NCBI GenBank assembly: GCA_963693055.1
Contig: OY843751.1
Span: forward strand, 4,864,001-4,928,000
DNA: 64,000 nt
DNA from: a bacterium
GTDB taxonomy: Bacteria > Zhuqueibacterota > Zhuqueibacteria > Residuimicrobiales > Krinioviventaceae
Direction of reading: 5' to 3'
The notes below the pieces were generated by a model. It worked only from the letters and a program-made list of their open reading frames with translations. It searched no databases and was not told the origin of the DNA. Position 1 is the first letter of the stretch. Every line of letters begins with the position of its first letter. Both the position numbers and the translations under genes were made by a program. This document shows, in pieces, positions 23,038 to 33,458 of this stretch.

Positions 23038-23787
23038 TTATCTGGCACTATTCAACTTCTCTACACGGGCAATTGATACTATATCCACTCTTTTAGCGCC
23101 ATTTTGACGAAGGGTAAACGCACATTCATTAACGGTACTGCCAGTTGTTACAACATCATCTACTAATAAAATTGACTTGTCCGAAATTTCCAGATGATTC
23201 GATACAGAAAAAGCGCCAGTTAATCCATTCATTCGCTCTTGACGGTCTTTTCTTGCCTGTGCTGATGTATGCAGAGAACGTTTCAATGCTTTTTTCAATA
23301 ATGGTATTCCACTCGTTTCGCTCAGGCTTTTTGCGATCAACTCTGACTGGTTATATCCACGCATTTTCTGACGACGAGGATGAAGCGGCACAGGTATCAT
23401 AAAATCCCAATCCTGATTATTGGATTCAATGATTGGCAATAGCTGTTTGCCCCAATAATCAGACAGACCGGTCTCACCCCAATATTTGAACAGATGAACA
23501 AGGTGCCTTAGATCGTTCTCATAATAAAAAGCAGATAAAACAAGTTCAAAATGGATTTCCTGATCTTTGGGGATGTCAAGATTATCATGGTCCGCGCAGG
23601 GCTGCTCTAGTCTTACCAATTGCTTGTCACACGCGCTACAAACAAGAATTTTTCTTTCTTTTAAACGGACTCCACACAACAGGCAATGTGGAGGGAAACA
23701 AAAATCCAACAACGGATCAAAAAAAGAACTGGCCGCACCTTTAAACTTATTAAAAACACGGCCATATTTATAATTTTTACTCGTCAT
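23038..23787 (-). CDS. comF: ComF family phosphoribosyltransferase-like protein
   Basis: CLLC...CSAC zinc finger, PVPLH, RGYNQS, LLVDDVVTTGST. Confidence 0.9.
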   Translation of the reverse strand: MTSKNYKYGRVFNKFKGAASSFFDPLLDFCFPPHCLLCGVRLKERKILVCSACDKQLVRLEQPCADHDNLDIPKDQEIHFELVLSAFYYENDLRHLVHLFKYWGETGLSDYWGKQLLPIIESNNQDWDFMIPVPLHPRRQKMRGYNQSELIAKSLSETSGIPLLKKALKRSLHTSAQARKDRQERMNGLTGAFSVSNHLEISDKSILLVDDVVTTGSTVNECAFTLRQNGAKRVDIVSIARVEKLNSAR

Positions 23788-25130
23788 TAAAATTGATACG
23801 TAAATACCAGCTTGGGTTCAATTCTTTCCTGAGGCATATAGACTCGTGAACCAGGATCCTTTTCCACAAAGGTCCAAATATAATCCATATAAAGAATTAA
23901 ATACGGCTTTATTTTATAACCTAATCCCACTCTGGCCACACTTTGATTATCAAGCGTAAACACATCTCTGATCATCTCTATGCCAATCTTATCATAGGTT
24001 GCATGCGCGGCAATACCGGGAATTGCATCAGGCGCGTCTGCGGAAAGGTGCATTATACCGCTTTCGTCAATTTCATCCAAACGGCTAAACATACCCAAGA
24101 GCCTTACCTTGTCTCCTAATAGTCCACCATACAGCTCGCCAAATACACCTTTGGTTTCCTCGGTAATCCCAATCAATTCGTCAACCTTATATACGCCAGA
24201 AGCCGAACCTTCAGCCACCTGGTAACGCTGAATTTCATAAAAAGCGTCAAAGAATGAAGGAACAAACTCTTTGCCCAGCCAACGTCGTTCCAATTTTGCA
24301 GAAATATCAATCAAGCCTAACAAATTTCCAAAAGAAGCCATTACGCCTACTGCCTGTCCATGACCAAATGTTCGGGACTCTTGTTCAAATGCACTGAATC
24401 CTGCAATTTGCGCCCAGTCATAATACAAAGTAGAATTAAAAATAGGAGTACGAATAATTGGCAATTCCGCGTCAAAACCGTAAACTGTGGTTGCATCATC
24501 AGAATCATCCTCAGTATCCGGATCAATATCGCGTGCATAAGACGCACCTAATGCAAAATTTTTGATAATGGGGATATCTACTACACCACGCAATGGACGA
24601 AAATAACCACGTCCCGCTAACAATTCTGCACGTCCTACATTACTGGTAATGGTTTCGAATCCAAATTTTCCAAAATCGAGATCAAAGGCCAGACCAATTT
24701 TACGATTATCATAAGAGGCTTCATTGGTATAATAGTTTACAATGAAACCATGGCCCAACCGAGCGGCATCCAAAGTTCCTACTCGCGCATAAACAGGATC
24801 AAATTTGTGTCCCCAGCGCAAATACCGGATCAAACGCAGGTAATCATAGCCTTCATCCCAGTCTTCCTTACGAAGCTCTCCGTTAGATGTATTATATAGC
24901 AGGTTAATATTCAAACCGATACCAATTTTGCCAAAAGCAAGCTCAGGCCTGAAATTAATTGAAAAGTAAGTTTCAGAGGTCTCACCATCAATGGTTGTAA
25001 TACCAACACCACCCATCAAAAGTCCACCATCCTGGCCCATATAGCCCAGTCCGCCATCCGCATACTGCGCAAATCCGGTCCCGGCAAATAGAAACAGAAC
25101 CAATATTAAAACAGCAACCATCTTCTTCAT
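23787..25130 (-). CDS. Hypothetical outer-membrane beta-barrel protein
   Basis: Signal peptide, alternating amphipathic strands, C-terminal aromatic YQF. Confidence 0.65.
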   Translation of the reverse strand: MKKMVAVLILVLFLFAGTGFAQYADGGLGYMGQDGGLLMGGVGITTIDGETSETYFSINFRPELAFGKIGIGLNINLLYNTSNGELRKEDWDEGYDYLRLIRYLRWGHKFDPVYARVGTLDAARLGHGFIVNYYTNEASYDNRKIGLAFDLDFGKFGFETITSNVGRAELLAGRGYFRPLRGVVDIPIIKNFALGASYARDIDPDTEDDSDDATTVYGFDAELPIIRTPIFNSTLYYDWAQIAGFSAFEQESRTFGHGQAVGVMASFGNLLGLIDISAKLERRWLGKEFVPSFFDAFYEIQRYQVAEGSASGVYKVDELIGITEETKGVFGELYGGLLGDKVRLLGMFSRLDEIDESGIMHLSADAPDAIPGIAAHATYDKIGIEMIRDVFTLDNQSVARVGLGYKIKPYLILYMDYIWTFVEKDPGSRVYMPQERIEPKLVFTYQF

Positions 25131-25239
25131 GATTATCTCCTTGCAATAGTCAATACAATAATACCCCGTATCTCTATTTACGGTTTTTGTCTCTGTTTAT
25201 ATGTGTTCAATGTCACAATTTATTGCAGATATTTCAACA

Positions 25240-26271
25240 TTACCACAAATCATCCATACCCGGGGGGATATCAAAATGGGTTGCCCACTGAAAATGACCA
25301 TGTCCTCCCGAAGAAACTGCTTTATCTAATAATAACAAGCGTTTATGCTCCAATTCTTCTGTGGCTAAAAATTCAAACATTTCTTTAACTTTGGAATTTT
25401 TTGACTTTAACGCGGCGTTACGATAAAAATCATACGCTTTTTGCTCCGCATTTATTGCAAGTGCAATTGCATCATCCGCAGAAATTCCCGCATCCACTTT
25501 GTGCTTGCCAATTTCAGTATTGTTTATATTTATTACAGGTTCTTTGCCCCCAGACAACTGCTTGAATAACTCTGACAACTGTTCAAAGTGTTCTACTTCA
25601 ACTGTAGCCAAGTAGCTGAATTTATTCTTTAATTTATCACTGCCCATCTGGCTGCTTACACCCAGATAAAACTCTTGTGCGCCCTTTTCTCTGCTTATAG
25701 CCAGCTCGAGCGCTTTTAAAACATCCAGCTCAGCCTCTTCTTTTTCAAGAAATCCCGTATGCAGGGCCTTAAAAATAGCCTCATTAAATGCACTCAGATC
25801 ATCAGGAGTACGGGATGTTATGAGCTGCCCATCAACACAAACAGGCTGATCAACATATTTGGCACCCACATTAAGTACATCGTCACGAATGCCAACATAA
25901 CAGGTCAACGTCACACCTTTTAAAACACCAGCAGATATAAGCACTTGAGGACCGTGACAAATCGCCGCAACAGGTCTTCCACTCTGCCAAAATGTTTTCA
26001 CAAATTCAAGAGCAGTTTCGTTTACTCTGATACGCTCGGGCGCGCCTCCTCCCGGAATGATCAAACCATCATAATCTTCAGGTTTCACCTCTGATATCAC
26101 CTTGTCTGGCTTTAATGAAAACTCGCCATATTTGCCAGTCACTTCCGATGAATCTAAACCAACCAAATCAACAGTTGCATTTTTTTCTCGTAGACAGTCC
26201 CGGGGAGACGTTGTTTCTTCTTCATGGAACTTTTGAGCGATTAGAATAGCAATCTTTTTATTTGTTAACAT
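25240..26271 (-). CDS. PfpI/DJ-1 family protein fused to a rubrerythrin/ferritin-like domain
   Basis: N-terminal IPGG, AICHGPQVL, SRTPDDL; C-terminal duplicated AIxxE...FY...LAxxExxH diiron motifs. Confidence 0.85.
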   Translation of the reverse strand: MLTNKKIAILIAQKFHEEETTSPRDCLREKNATVDLVGLDSSEVTGKYGEFSLKPDKVISEVKPEDYDGLIIPGGGAPERIRVNETALEFVKTFWQSGRPVAAICHGPQVLISAGVLKGVTLTCYVGIRDDVLNVGAKYVDQPVCVDGQLITSRTPDDLSAFNEAIFKALHTGFLEKEEAELDVLKALELAISREKGAQEFYLGVSSQMGSDKLKNKFSYLATVEVEHFEQLSELFKQLSGGKEPVININNTEIGKHKVDAGISADDAIALAINAEQKAYDFYRNAALKSKNSKVKEMFEFLATEELEHKRLLLLDKAVSSGGHGHFQWATHFDIPPGMDDLW

Positions 26272-26292
26272 AGGCCCCTCTTGCCAAAGAGT

Positions 26293-27033
26293 TTATAGTT
26301 TACCGTTCAATAACAAGTTCAATTCATCGCGCAAAATTGCAGCGTGTTCATAATCTTCACGCTCTATTGCTTTTTCAAGTTCTTTGTTCAATTTTTCAAC
26401 CGGAGACAAGGGCTTCATTTCCTGAATTTCTTCGGCCCATTGTTTCAAATAATCAAGTTCAAACTTTTCAGGTGTAGCGTGATCGGGATAGTTTTTGTAA
26501 AATTTTTCAATATCAACAATTCCTTCATCAATCTGAACAAGCGCTTGTTCGAATTCAGAATTATTGATTTGCATTGAAGCTACTGCACGTGTATACATCA
26601 TGATCACATAAGGGCGATATTGCTGAAATGTCCAAACAATCTCTACACTGTCTGAATATTTTTCCACAAAGTCAAACACCCGCAAATTCCGTCTGGTATC
26701 ACGCGCTACTCTTTCAAAATCTTCCAATTTCATTAACGCCAGGTATCGATGATAATATTGTATAGATTCCTGTTGTAGTTTCAGGCACTCGGTTGGCGTT
26801 AAAATAAACGACTCGTCCGGACTCTTTTCGCTTTTAGCAATATAGTAATCAAGATACGATTCCTGCCGCGCCGGACGCTTTCCATCCGGCCTTCCATCGA
26901 GTTCCATTTGCAAAATACCCAAATCCAGACGCATCTGCAATTTGGATCCACCATCCTCACCCTCGATAATACGGACATTTAAATCGTCTGTTGTGTATTT
27001 CCAACGTTTTAAAATGGGTCCAATATCATCCAT
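26293..27033 (-). CDS. UVR (UvrB/UvrC) motif-containing hypothetical protein
   Basis: QMRLDLGILQME...GRPDG; C-terminal LEKAIEREDYEHAAILRDE. Confidence 0.8.
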   Translation of the reverse strand: MDDIGPILKRWKYTTDDLNVRIIEGEDGGSKLQMRLDLGILQMELDGRPDGKRPARQESYLDYYIAKSEKSPDESFILTPTECLKLQQESIQYYHRYLALMKLEDFERVARDTRRNLRVFDFVEKYSDSVEIVWTFQQYRPYVIMMYTRAVASMQINNSEFEQALVQIDEGIVDIEKFYKNYPDHATPEKFELDYLKQWAEEIQEMKPLSPVEKLNKELEKAIEREDYEHAAILRDELNLLLNGKL

Positions 27034-27087
27034 AACACTACTCCAATAAATATACGCTTAACAAAGCTTTATACTATACAACATATT

Positions 27088-27861
27088 TCATTTAAAATAA
27101 TTCACCGCATTTTCAAACAAAACCAAGCCATCGCCCTGCTCTGCCATACCCAACCGGGTCCATTGAGGATGCTGACTCGGTTCAATATGCCGTTCCGGGT
27201 GAGGCATTAAACCCAAAACACGGCCAGCGGGGTCACATATTCCAGCAATATTCGCAACAGAACCATTGGGGTTCATAGGATACTTGACTTCACCACCATT
27301 GAGGGCAGCATACTGAAAGACAATTTGCTTGTTCCTGACGAGCTCGTTCAGGGTATCATCGCTATCCGGAACAAATTTCCCTTCAGCATGCGCTACCGGG
27401 AAGTATACTTTGTTTGGCATATTTTGTGTAAACACACAAGGTCCGTCATTTACATCCAGATGGACCCACCGATCTTCAAATTTTCCGGAATCATTGTCTG
27501 TCAGGGTTACTTTTTGTTGAGCTGTTAGCTCAACTACCGGCAACAGTCCTGCTTTTACAAGAACCTGAAAGCCATTACAAATACCAATGATCAATTTATC
27601 ATCATTATAAAATTCCTGCAATACTTGCTGCAGTTTATATTTCAATTGATTAGCTAACACCTTTCCCGCCGAAATGTCATCACCATAAGTAAATCCACCG
27701 GGAATAGCCAGGATCTGATAATCTTCCAATTTCACAGAGCCTTCAAGCAATCGGTTAACATGTACCAGATCTGCTTTAGCACCTGCTGTTTCAAATGCGA
27801 ACTGGGTTTCCTGATCACAATTAGAGCCAGCCGCACGTAATACAATCACACGAGGATTCAT
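27088..27861 (-). CDS. purQ: Phosphoribosylformylglycinamidine synthase glutaminase subunit
   Basis: GSNCDQE, PGGFTYGDD, GICNGFQ, AHAEG, NPNGS, MPHPER. Confidence 0.96.
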   Translation of the reverse strand: MNPRVIVLRAAGSNCDQETQFAFETAGAKADLVHVNRLLEGSVKLEDYQILAIPGGFTYGDDISAGKVLANQLKYKLQQVLQEFYNDDKLIIGICNGFQVLVKAGLLPVVELTAQQKVTLTDNDSGKFEDRWVHLDVNDGPCVFTQNMPNKVYFPVAHAEGKFVPDSDDTLNELVRNKQIVFQYAALNGGEVKYPMNPNGSVANIAGICDPAGRVLGLMPHPERHIEPSQHPQWTRLGMAEQGDGLVLFENAVNYFK

Positions 27862-27862
27862 T

Positions 27863-30724
27863 TTACCACCTAAGTGTTTGTTGCCACGATTCTTTTAAAT
27901 CTGCTATATTTTTATGGACCATTTCCTGGCCATTACTATTTTTAATTAAAAGCACATTACCATCAGTTACTTTGCCAATAACTGCGAATGCATTGTCAGA
28001 CATCATTTTTTCAAAAGCCTGCTGATTTTCGGGTTTGACTTCAACAATAAACCGACTGTTTGATTCAGAGAATAGAACCACATCGTCTCTCAGAGTTTCT
28101 GCCACAGGAACATCCGCAAGAGATATTTCTGCACCCAGTCCACCGGCAAAGGCCATTTCAGCAAGTGCAACGGCAATTCCACCTTCTGAACAGTCATGAC
28201 ACGCTCTTACCAGCCCCGCGTCAGTAGCGGAGGCCATTGCATTGAAAATTTCTTTTGCTTTGACAGCATCTACCTGAGGTACATTGGGGCTGGCTTTACC
28301 AATCACTTGCAGATAATGCGAGCCACCCAATTCGTTATATGTGGTGCCAACAGCGTACAACAGGTTGCCGCTTTCTTTTAAATCCATACTAACAGCTTTG
28401 GCTGCGTCCGGCATTACCGCTATTGCAGAAATCAGCAAGGTTGGTGGTATTGCAATACTCTCACCGGTCTCGGTCTGAAATTCGTTATTCAAGCTGTCTT
28501 TACCCGAGATAAAGGGAGTTTCAAAGACTTTGGCCATATCGTAACAGGCTTGTGCGGCTCTTATCAATCCACCTAAACGGTCCGGCTTGTCAGTGTTGCC
28601 CCAGCAAAAGTTATCCAGAATGGCTGCCTGCTCAATACTACCGCCAACAGCTACAATATTTCGCAAAGCTTCATCAATTGAAGATGCCGCCATCCAATAG
28701 GGATCAATCAAGCCATAATTGGGATTCAATCCGTTAGACAAGATAACAGCCTTGTTTGAATCCAAACGCGGACGGGTAATACTTGCGTCTCCCGGGCCGT
28801 CATTTTCAACACCAACCAGCGGCTTAATTACGCTGCCGCCCTGTACTTCATGATCGTATTGACGAATAACCCACTCTTTACTGCACACATTGGGTGCAGC
28901 AAGGATTTTTTGCAAAATATCACCGGTATTTTGAGGTGCATCAAATTGTGATTCCTCTATTTTCAGCGGTTTCCATTCTGCTTTACGGACGGTTTTGGGC
29001 AATCCTTTATGCAAAAAGTGCATATCCAGTTCGCCTACTACTGTGCCATCGTATTTTAATCTGATTTTTTTATCATTTGTGGTGCGGCCAATAACCGTGG
29101 CTTCCACGTCTTCGCTTTCAAAAACATCCAACGCTTCCTGTAATTTTTCAGGGGGACAGAAAATAACCATTCTTTCCTGCGCTTCAGAAATCCAGATTTC
29201 CATATAAGTGAGACCATGGTATTTCAAAGGCACTTTTTCCAAATCAATTTCCGCGCCTGTGGTCTCTGCCAACTCTCCAATAGCTGAAGACAAACCACCG
29301 GCACCACAGTCGGTGATTGCACGATACAATCCCTTATCTCTGGCATCCATCAATGTATCCACCAATTTCTTTTCGATAATAGGATTACCAATCTGTACCG
29401 CTCCGCTCCAGGTTCCTTCGCTTTCGGTATGTAATTCCCCTGAAGAAGCGGTTGCACCGTGAATACCATCACGACCGGTGCGGCCTCCAACAACCACTAC
29501 ATAGTCTCCCGGCACAATGGTTTTTACGCACTTGTCAACCGGCATAATCCCCACATTTCCGCAATATACCAGCGGATTTCCGAGATAACGCTCGTCAAAA
29601 AAGATTGAACCATTGGTAGTGGGTATACCCATTCGGTTACCATAGTCACGCACACCGGATACAACGCCCTGCATAACCCGCTTGGGATGCAAAACGCCTT
29701 TGGGTAAATCACTGTGTTTCATGTCAACAGGACCAAAGCAGAAAATATCCGTATTGATCACCGGTTTTGCGCCCAATCCGGTTCCCATAGGATCACGGAT
29801 CACCCCACCAATACCGGTATTTGCACCGCCATAAGGCTCCATTGCAGAGGGATGGTTATGGGTTTCTACTTTGAAACAGATATTATATTCATCATCAAAT
29901 TTAATTACACCGGCATTATCTTCAAATACGGAAACACACCAGTCTTTATTCAATTCGCTGGTTGCTTTAAATATGGTGCTTTTCAGTACATTATCAATCA
30001 CCTCACCATTAAACTCTACAAAACCGGTCAATGTTTTGTGACTACAATGCTCAGACCAGGTTTGGGCCAGCATTTCAAGTTCAATATCGCTAGGTTCACG
30101 ATCCAATCCCTCATAATGATCACGAATCGTCTGCATTTCTTCAAGATTCAAAAACAAATCACGATCTTTGCTGATCTTTTGCAATTCCGCATCACTTGCA
30201 TTCAAAAGAGGTACGGTAATTTGCTCAAAATGATCATGCATAATGGGGAAAAATATTGTCTCGTTGGGTTCCAAAACATGCTCAATCACTTTATTCATGA
30301 GCAATTTTTCTACAATAATCTGTTTCTCGGCATCACTGAGATGCCCAACAATATCATATCGCCTTGAGGTCTTTGCTTCGGTAACCGAGTCAATACCCAG
30401 ATCATGAATGCCTTTTAACGCGGTAGCTGCTACCATATCAGTAACACCGCGGTTAAATGTGACTTCAACAGACCAGTGATCTTTGCCGCCTACCCGGTCA
30501 ATAGATTTGTCTATGCTATAATCCTGAGTGACCTTGTCTGCAAGTAAATGTTCTGCAATATGTTTTTTCTCATCATCGGTTATATCACCAAGCAGATAGG
30601 TAATATTGAACGCATAAACCTTTTCGATGGAATGGATGTCCAAATCTTTGGCCCCGCTCAGCACATGTTGTGCCGCCATATCGTTAAACTCGGGTTTTAT
30701 TGCCAATTCAATTCGAGTAATCAA
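27863..30724 (-). CDS. purL: Phosphoribosylformylglycinamidine synthase subunit PurL with N-terminal PurS-like domains
   Basis: QTWSEHCSHK, KVETHNHPS, GRDGIHGA, QYDHEV, ISGKDSL; TTG start. Confidence 0.95.
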   Translation of the reverse strand: MITRIELAIKPEFNDMAAQHVLSGAKDLDIHSIEKVYAFNITYLLGDITDDEKKHIAEHLLADKVTQDYSIDKSIDRVGGKDHWSVEVTFNRGVTDMVAATALKGIHDLGIDSVTEAKTSRRYDIVGHLSDAEKQIIVEKLLMNKVIEHVLEPNETIFFPIMHDHFEQITVPLLNASDAELQKISKDRDLFLNLEEMQTIRDHYEGLDREPSDIELEMLAQTWSEHCSHKTLTGFVEFNGEVIDNVLKSTIFKATSELNKDWCVSVFEDNAGVIKFDDEYNICFKVETHNHPSAMEPYGGANTGIGGVIRDPMGTGLGAKPVINTDIFCFGPVDMKHSDLPKGVLHPKRVMQGVVSGVRDYGNRMGIPTTNGSIFFDERYLGNPLVYCGNVGIMPVDKCVKTIVPGDYVVVVGGRTGRDGIHGATASSGELHTESEGTWSGAVQIGNPIIEKKLVDTLMDARDKGLYRAITDCGAGGLSSAIGELAETTGAEIDLEKVPLKYHGLTYMEIWISEAQERMVIFCPPEKLQEALDVFESEDVEATVIGRTTNDKKIRLKYDGTVVGELDMHFLHKGLPKTVRKAEWKPLKIEESQFDAPQNTGDILQKILAAPNVCSKEWVIRQYDHEVQGGSVIKPLVGVENDGPGDASITRPRLDSNKAVILSNGLNPNYGLIDPYWMAASSIDEALRNIVAVGGSIEQAAILDNFCWGNTDKPDRLGGLIRAAQACYDMAKVFETPFISGKDSLNNEFQTETGESIAIPPTLLISAIAVMPDAAKAVSMDLKESGNLLYAVGTTYNELGGSHYLQVIGKASPNVPQVDAVKAKEIFNAMASATDAGLVRACHDCSEGGIAVALAEMAFAGGLGAEISLADVPVAETLRDDVVLFSESNSRFIVEVKPENQQAFEKMMSDNAFAVIGKVTDGNVLLIKNSNGQEMVHKNIADLKESWQQTLRW

Positions 30725-30842
30725 AACCTTTATCCTTCTTTTCAGTTAACAGTTTACACATGTTAATTATATTTAAAAGTAAAATCAAGTAAAGTATATA
30801 TTATTTTTTACAAATCTATATTCGCTGCCACTATTACCCACA

Positions 30843-32825
30843 TCAATCGAAAAACATCCAATTGAATCCCCATCTGAATTCAGATTGAGGCATGGGGTAC
30901 GAAAAAACCCGTTGATAGTCTGCGTCGAGGGGATTATGGTATGAGAAAAAGAACGTCATGGTTCTAATCTTCATAATAACATGAACATAAGGCACGATTA
31001 ACGGATCGGTTATCCAGGTTGACAGAGGATATTGAGCATAATAATACACAGGAGTATACATTTCACCCATCAACGTTCCTCCCAGCCGCAGAGTCAGATC
31101 CATATCTTTTTGAAAAAATATATTGTGATATTGCACATACCCCTTACCATAACCGGCAGGATAATTGGTAATATCAAAATACGGGTCATCAGCGCTAGCC
31201 CACAGATACTTGCCTTTAGCATGCGCAGATAGGCCATACTTCCAGTCCAGACTGAGGGCCGCATCTATAGAATATCGATTATGATTGATCTGATTCATGG
31301 CAAAAGCCGTGTCTTCATTGGCATACACGGCACACTGGTTCTGTATATCCATAGTCGACGCAGAAAGATATGCAGAGATTCCCCGCCAGGCATATTCAAC
31401 ACCGGCAGCGGTTTGCTGTAACTCTGTGGGATTCAATCCCGAATTTTTGACATAAAAAGGATTGGTAGAAAATAAATATGCCAAAGACGGTGATCTAACC
31501 ATCTTGTTTGACCAGGCAAATCCGGTTAAATTGACCACAGGCCGCCATGTTACAGAAATCTCTGGCAATACAAAATCTTTGCCGATTACATCCAGATAAC
31601 TGCTACGCAACCCTGCGGAAGCCGTTATCGATTCACGATTCAACGCCACCTGCACCCAACTGTCTGTTCGCGCACGTTTATGGTATCCCCAGTTCTGAAT
31701 ATGCAATTCTTTAAGAGAGTGCAAGAAACCCGTTTGCAGCTCAACACCCATCAACTTTTTACGCAACTGGCCCGAAAAACGATAATTCTCAACCTCCCGG
31801 CTTGAATAATAGGTATATTTACCATAGTCCTTTTCATAATAATCATTACGATATTGGGTGTATTGAAACGTAGACGTAAAAAGCCTTCCATATCGTAAAG
31901 CAAGGCCATGATCACTGCGATTAATTGTTTCGTGAGGACTACTCAACTCTGAATCCTCAATATACTGGGTTACCGGCACATCCAGTTCAGATTTGTTTTG
32001 TAGAAATACATAATCCATTTCAAGTTTTTGAAAGAGCTTGCGATGGATCTCCAGATTGATCTTTTGTCCATCATACCGGTTATAATTCAACAGGCCTACG
32101 TATTGCTTTAAAATACCGCCCATATTGATTGTCATTTTAGGATTCGCCCAAATTCCCAGACGTACATCCACATCAGAATAACTGGAATTACCTGTACGAT
32201 AGGTAACCGTAGAACGCGGCGGTAATGCGGCAATATCCAGAGGAGACACCTGTAATGTTTGTCCCAGATCCGTATAGCCCTGGTCCCGCTGCGCGTGACT
32301 CGTAACATGTTCGACTGATCCTACACCTTCCACAGGTACCCAGTTCATATCAGCAAGGCCTGTGTACGGATCGTTCAAATTCAGAAACCCATACATGAGA
32401 TCAAACTCGCCCGGTATTCCGGCAAACATGGCCCCTCTTGAGTGATTTCCAACATTTCCCAGATCGGCATTATAGGTTCCGGGCATCCAGTCGAACACAT
32501 CCCCAAAAGAGCCATAATCCAGCCCACGGTACAACAGGGTATCAGCAACATGTGCCCGCACAACCGGAATATCTACCGGCAATTGACTGCTGTCAATTTC
32601 AACGGGTTTGTGCACGGCCATTGTATCCTGGCGGCTGCTATCCGGAATTACACCATCTCCAAGCAATGTATCGGCTGCTACAGAATCAGGAAGCACATCG
32701 ATAGACGCTCCTGCCTCTAATAAAGTATCCGGCATAACACTAACCGTTGAATCCTGTTCTACGGCAAACAACTGACAGGCATAGGCCAGTGATATTAAAA
32801 AATATATGTATGTAATTTTCTTCAT
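30843..32825 (-). CDS. Putative TonB-dependent receptor-like / porin outer-membrane protein
   Basis: Signal peptide, degenerate plug-like region (LNDPYTGLADMNWVPVEGVGSVE), beta-strand pattern, C-terminal FRWGFNWMFFD. Confidence 0.6.
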   Translation of the reverse strand: MKKITYIYFLISLAYACQLFAVEQDSTVSVMPDTLLEAGASIDVLPDSVAADTLLGDGVIPDSSRQDTMAVHKPVEIDSSQLPVDIPVVRAHVADTLLYRGLDYGSFGDVFDWMPGTYNADLGNVGNHSRGAMFAGIPGEFDLMYGFLNLNDPYTGLADMNWVPVEGVGSVEHVTSHAQRDQGYTDLGQTLQVSPLDIAALPPRSTVTYRTGNSSYSDVDVRLGIWANPKMTINMGGILKQYVGLLNYNRYDGQKINLEIHRKLFQKLEMDYVFLQNKSELDVPVTQYIEDSELSSPHETINRSDHGLALRYGRLFTSTFQYTQYRNDYYEKDYGKYTYYSSREVENYRFSGQLRKKLMGVELQTGFLHSLKELHIQNWGYHKRARTDSWVQVALNRESITASAGLRSSYLDVIGKDFVLPEISVTWRPVVNLTGFAWSNKMVRSPSLAYLFSTNPFYVKNSGLNPTELQQTAAGVEYAWRGISAYLSASTMDIQNQCAVYANEDTAFAMNQINHNRYSIDAALSLDWKYGLSAHAKGKYLWASADDPYFDITNYPAGYGKGYVQYHNIFFQKDMDLTLRLGGTLMGEMYTPVYYYAQYPLSTWITDPLIVPYVHVIMKIRTMTFFFSYHNPLDADYQRVFSYPMPQSEFRWGFNWMFFD

Positions 32826-33433
32826 TTTTTATCAACTATTTGTAAATAATCCGGTAAATGCGGAACCAGCCGCGAAATGATTACCGGAACAACAATTATA
32901 AACAAAAGGGTATTCACTCCAATATGAGTCAGGTAAAACAGCATACCGGTTGAAAACACAGCAATGATTTTATCCAAAGACAATTCAAACGTAACAATAA
33001 TAAAACTCATGGTCGTCAAAACATCGTAAAACAAAGTCAGTACAAATCCCGCTGCACCGGAAAAGAGAACACATTTCCAATCACAGGAAATAATTTTTCT
33101 TCGCAGTACACCACCACTCCAACCGATCAATCCAAAACAAAAGACCTGCGCCAGCAATAGCGGCAATATTGGCATTCCATAAGGATTAAATACCGAATAC
33201 AGGGTTTCTGCTGTCAAGCCTATACATAATCCCAGCAATGGACCGGTCAACACTCCGGAAATAAATACCGTAGCGGTGATCATTTCCACATTCGGGATGT
33301 ACAAAAACAAATATCCGATTGCTACCGACAGTGCAGCCAGAATAGAAGCTAGTATTATTTTTTTTGAAGAAGGGGCCATTTCGTTACCAGATATGTGAAA
33401 CTGGAATTTAGGAAAAGTTGAGGGGATTTCCAA
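32822..33433 (-). CDS. ECF transporter S component (CbrT-like)
   Basis: About 6 TM helices, IPNVE motif, TLFYDVLT; true start may be ATG at 33379. Confidence 0.75.
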   Translation of the reverse strand: MEIPSTFPKFQFHISGNEMAPSSKKIILASILAALSVAIGYLFLYIPNVEMITATVFISGVLTGPLLGLCIGLTAETLYSVFNPYGMPILPLLLAQVFCFGLIGWSGGVLRRKIISCDWKCVLFSGAAGFVLTLFYDVLTTMSFIIVTFELSLDKIIAVFSTGMLFYLTHIGVNTLLFIIVVPVIISRLVPHLPDYLQIVDKK

Positions 33434-33458
33434 GGTCTTTCACAGGCTATATACCTGT

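Noticed and set aside
27863-30724. Unusually long small-type PurL (953 aa) as a novelty
   Set aside because: Explained by N-terminal PurS-like domains fused to PurL, an architecture already known in several phyla.
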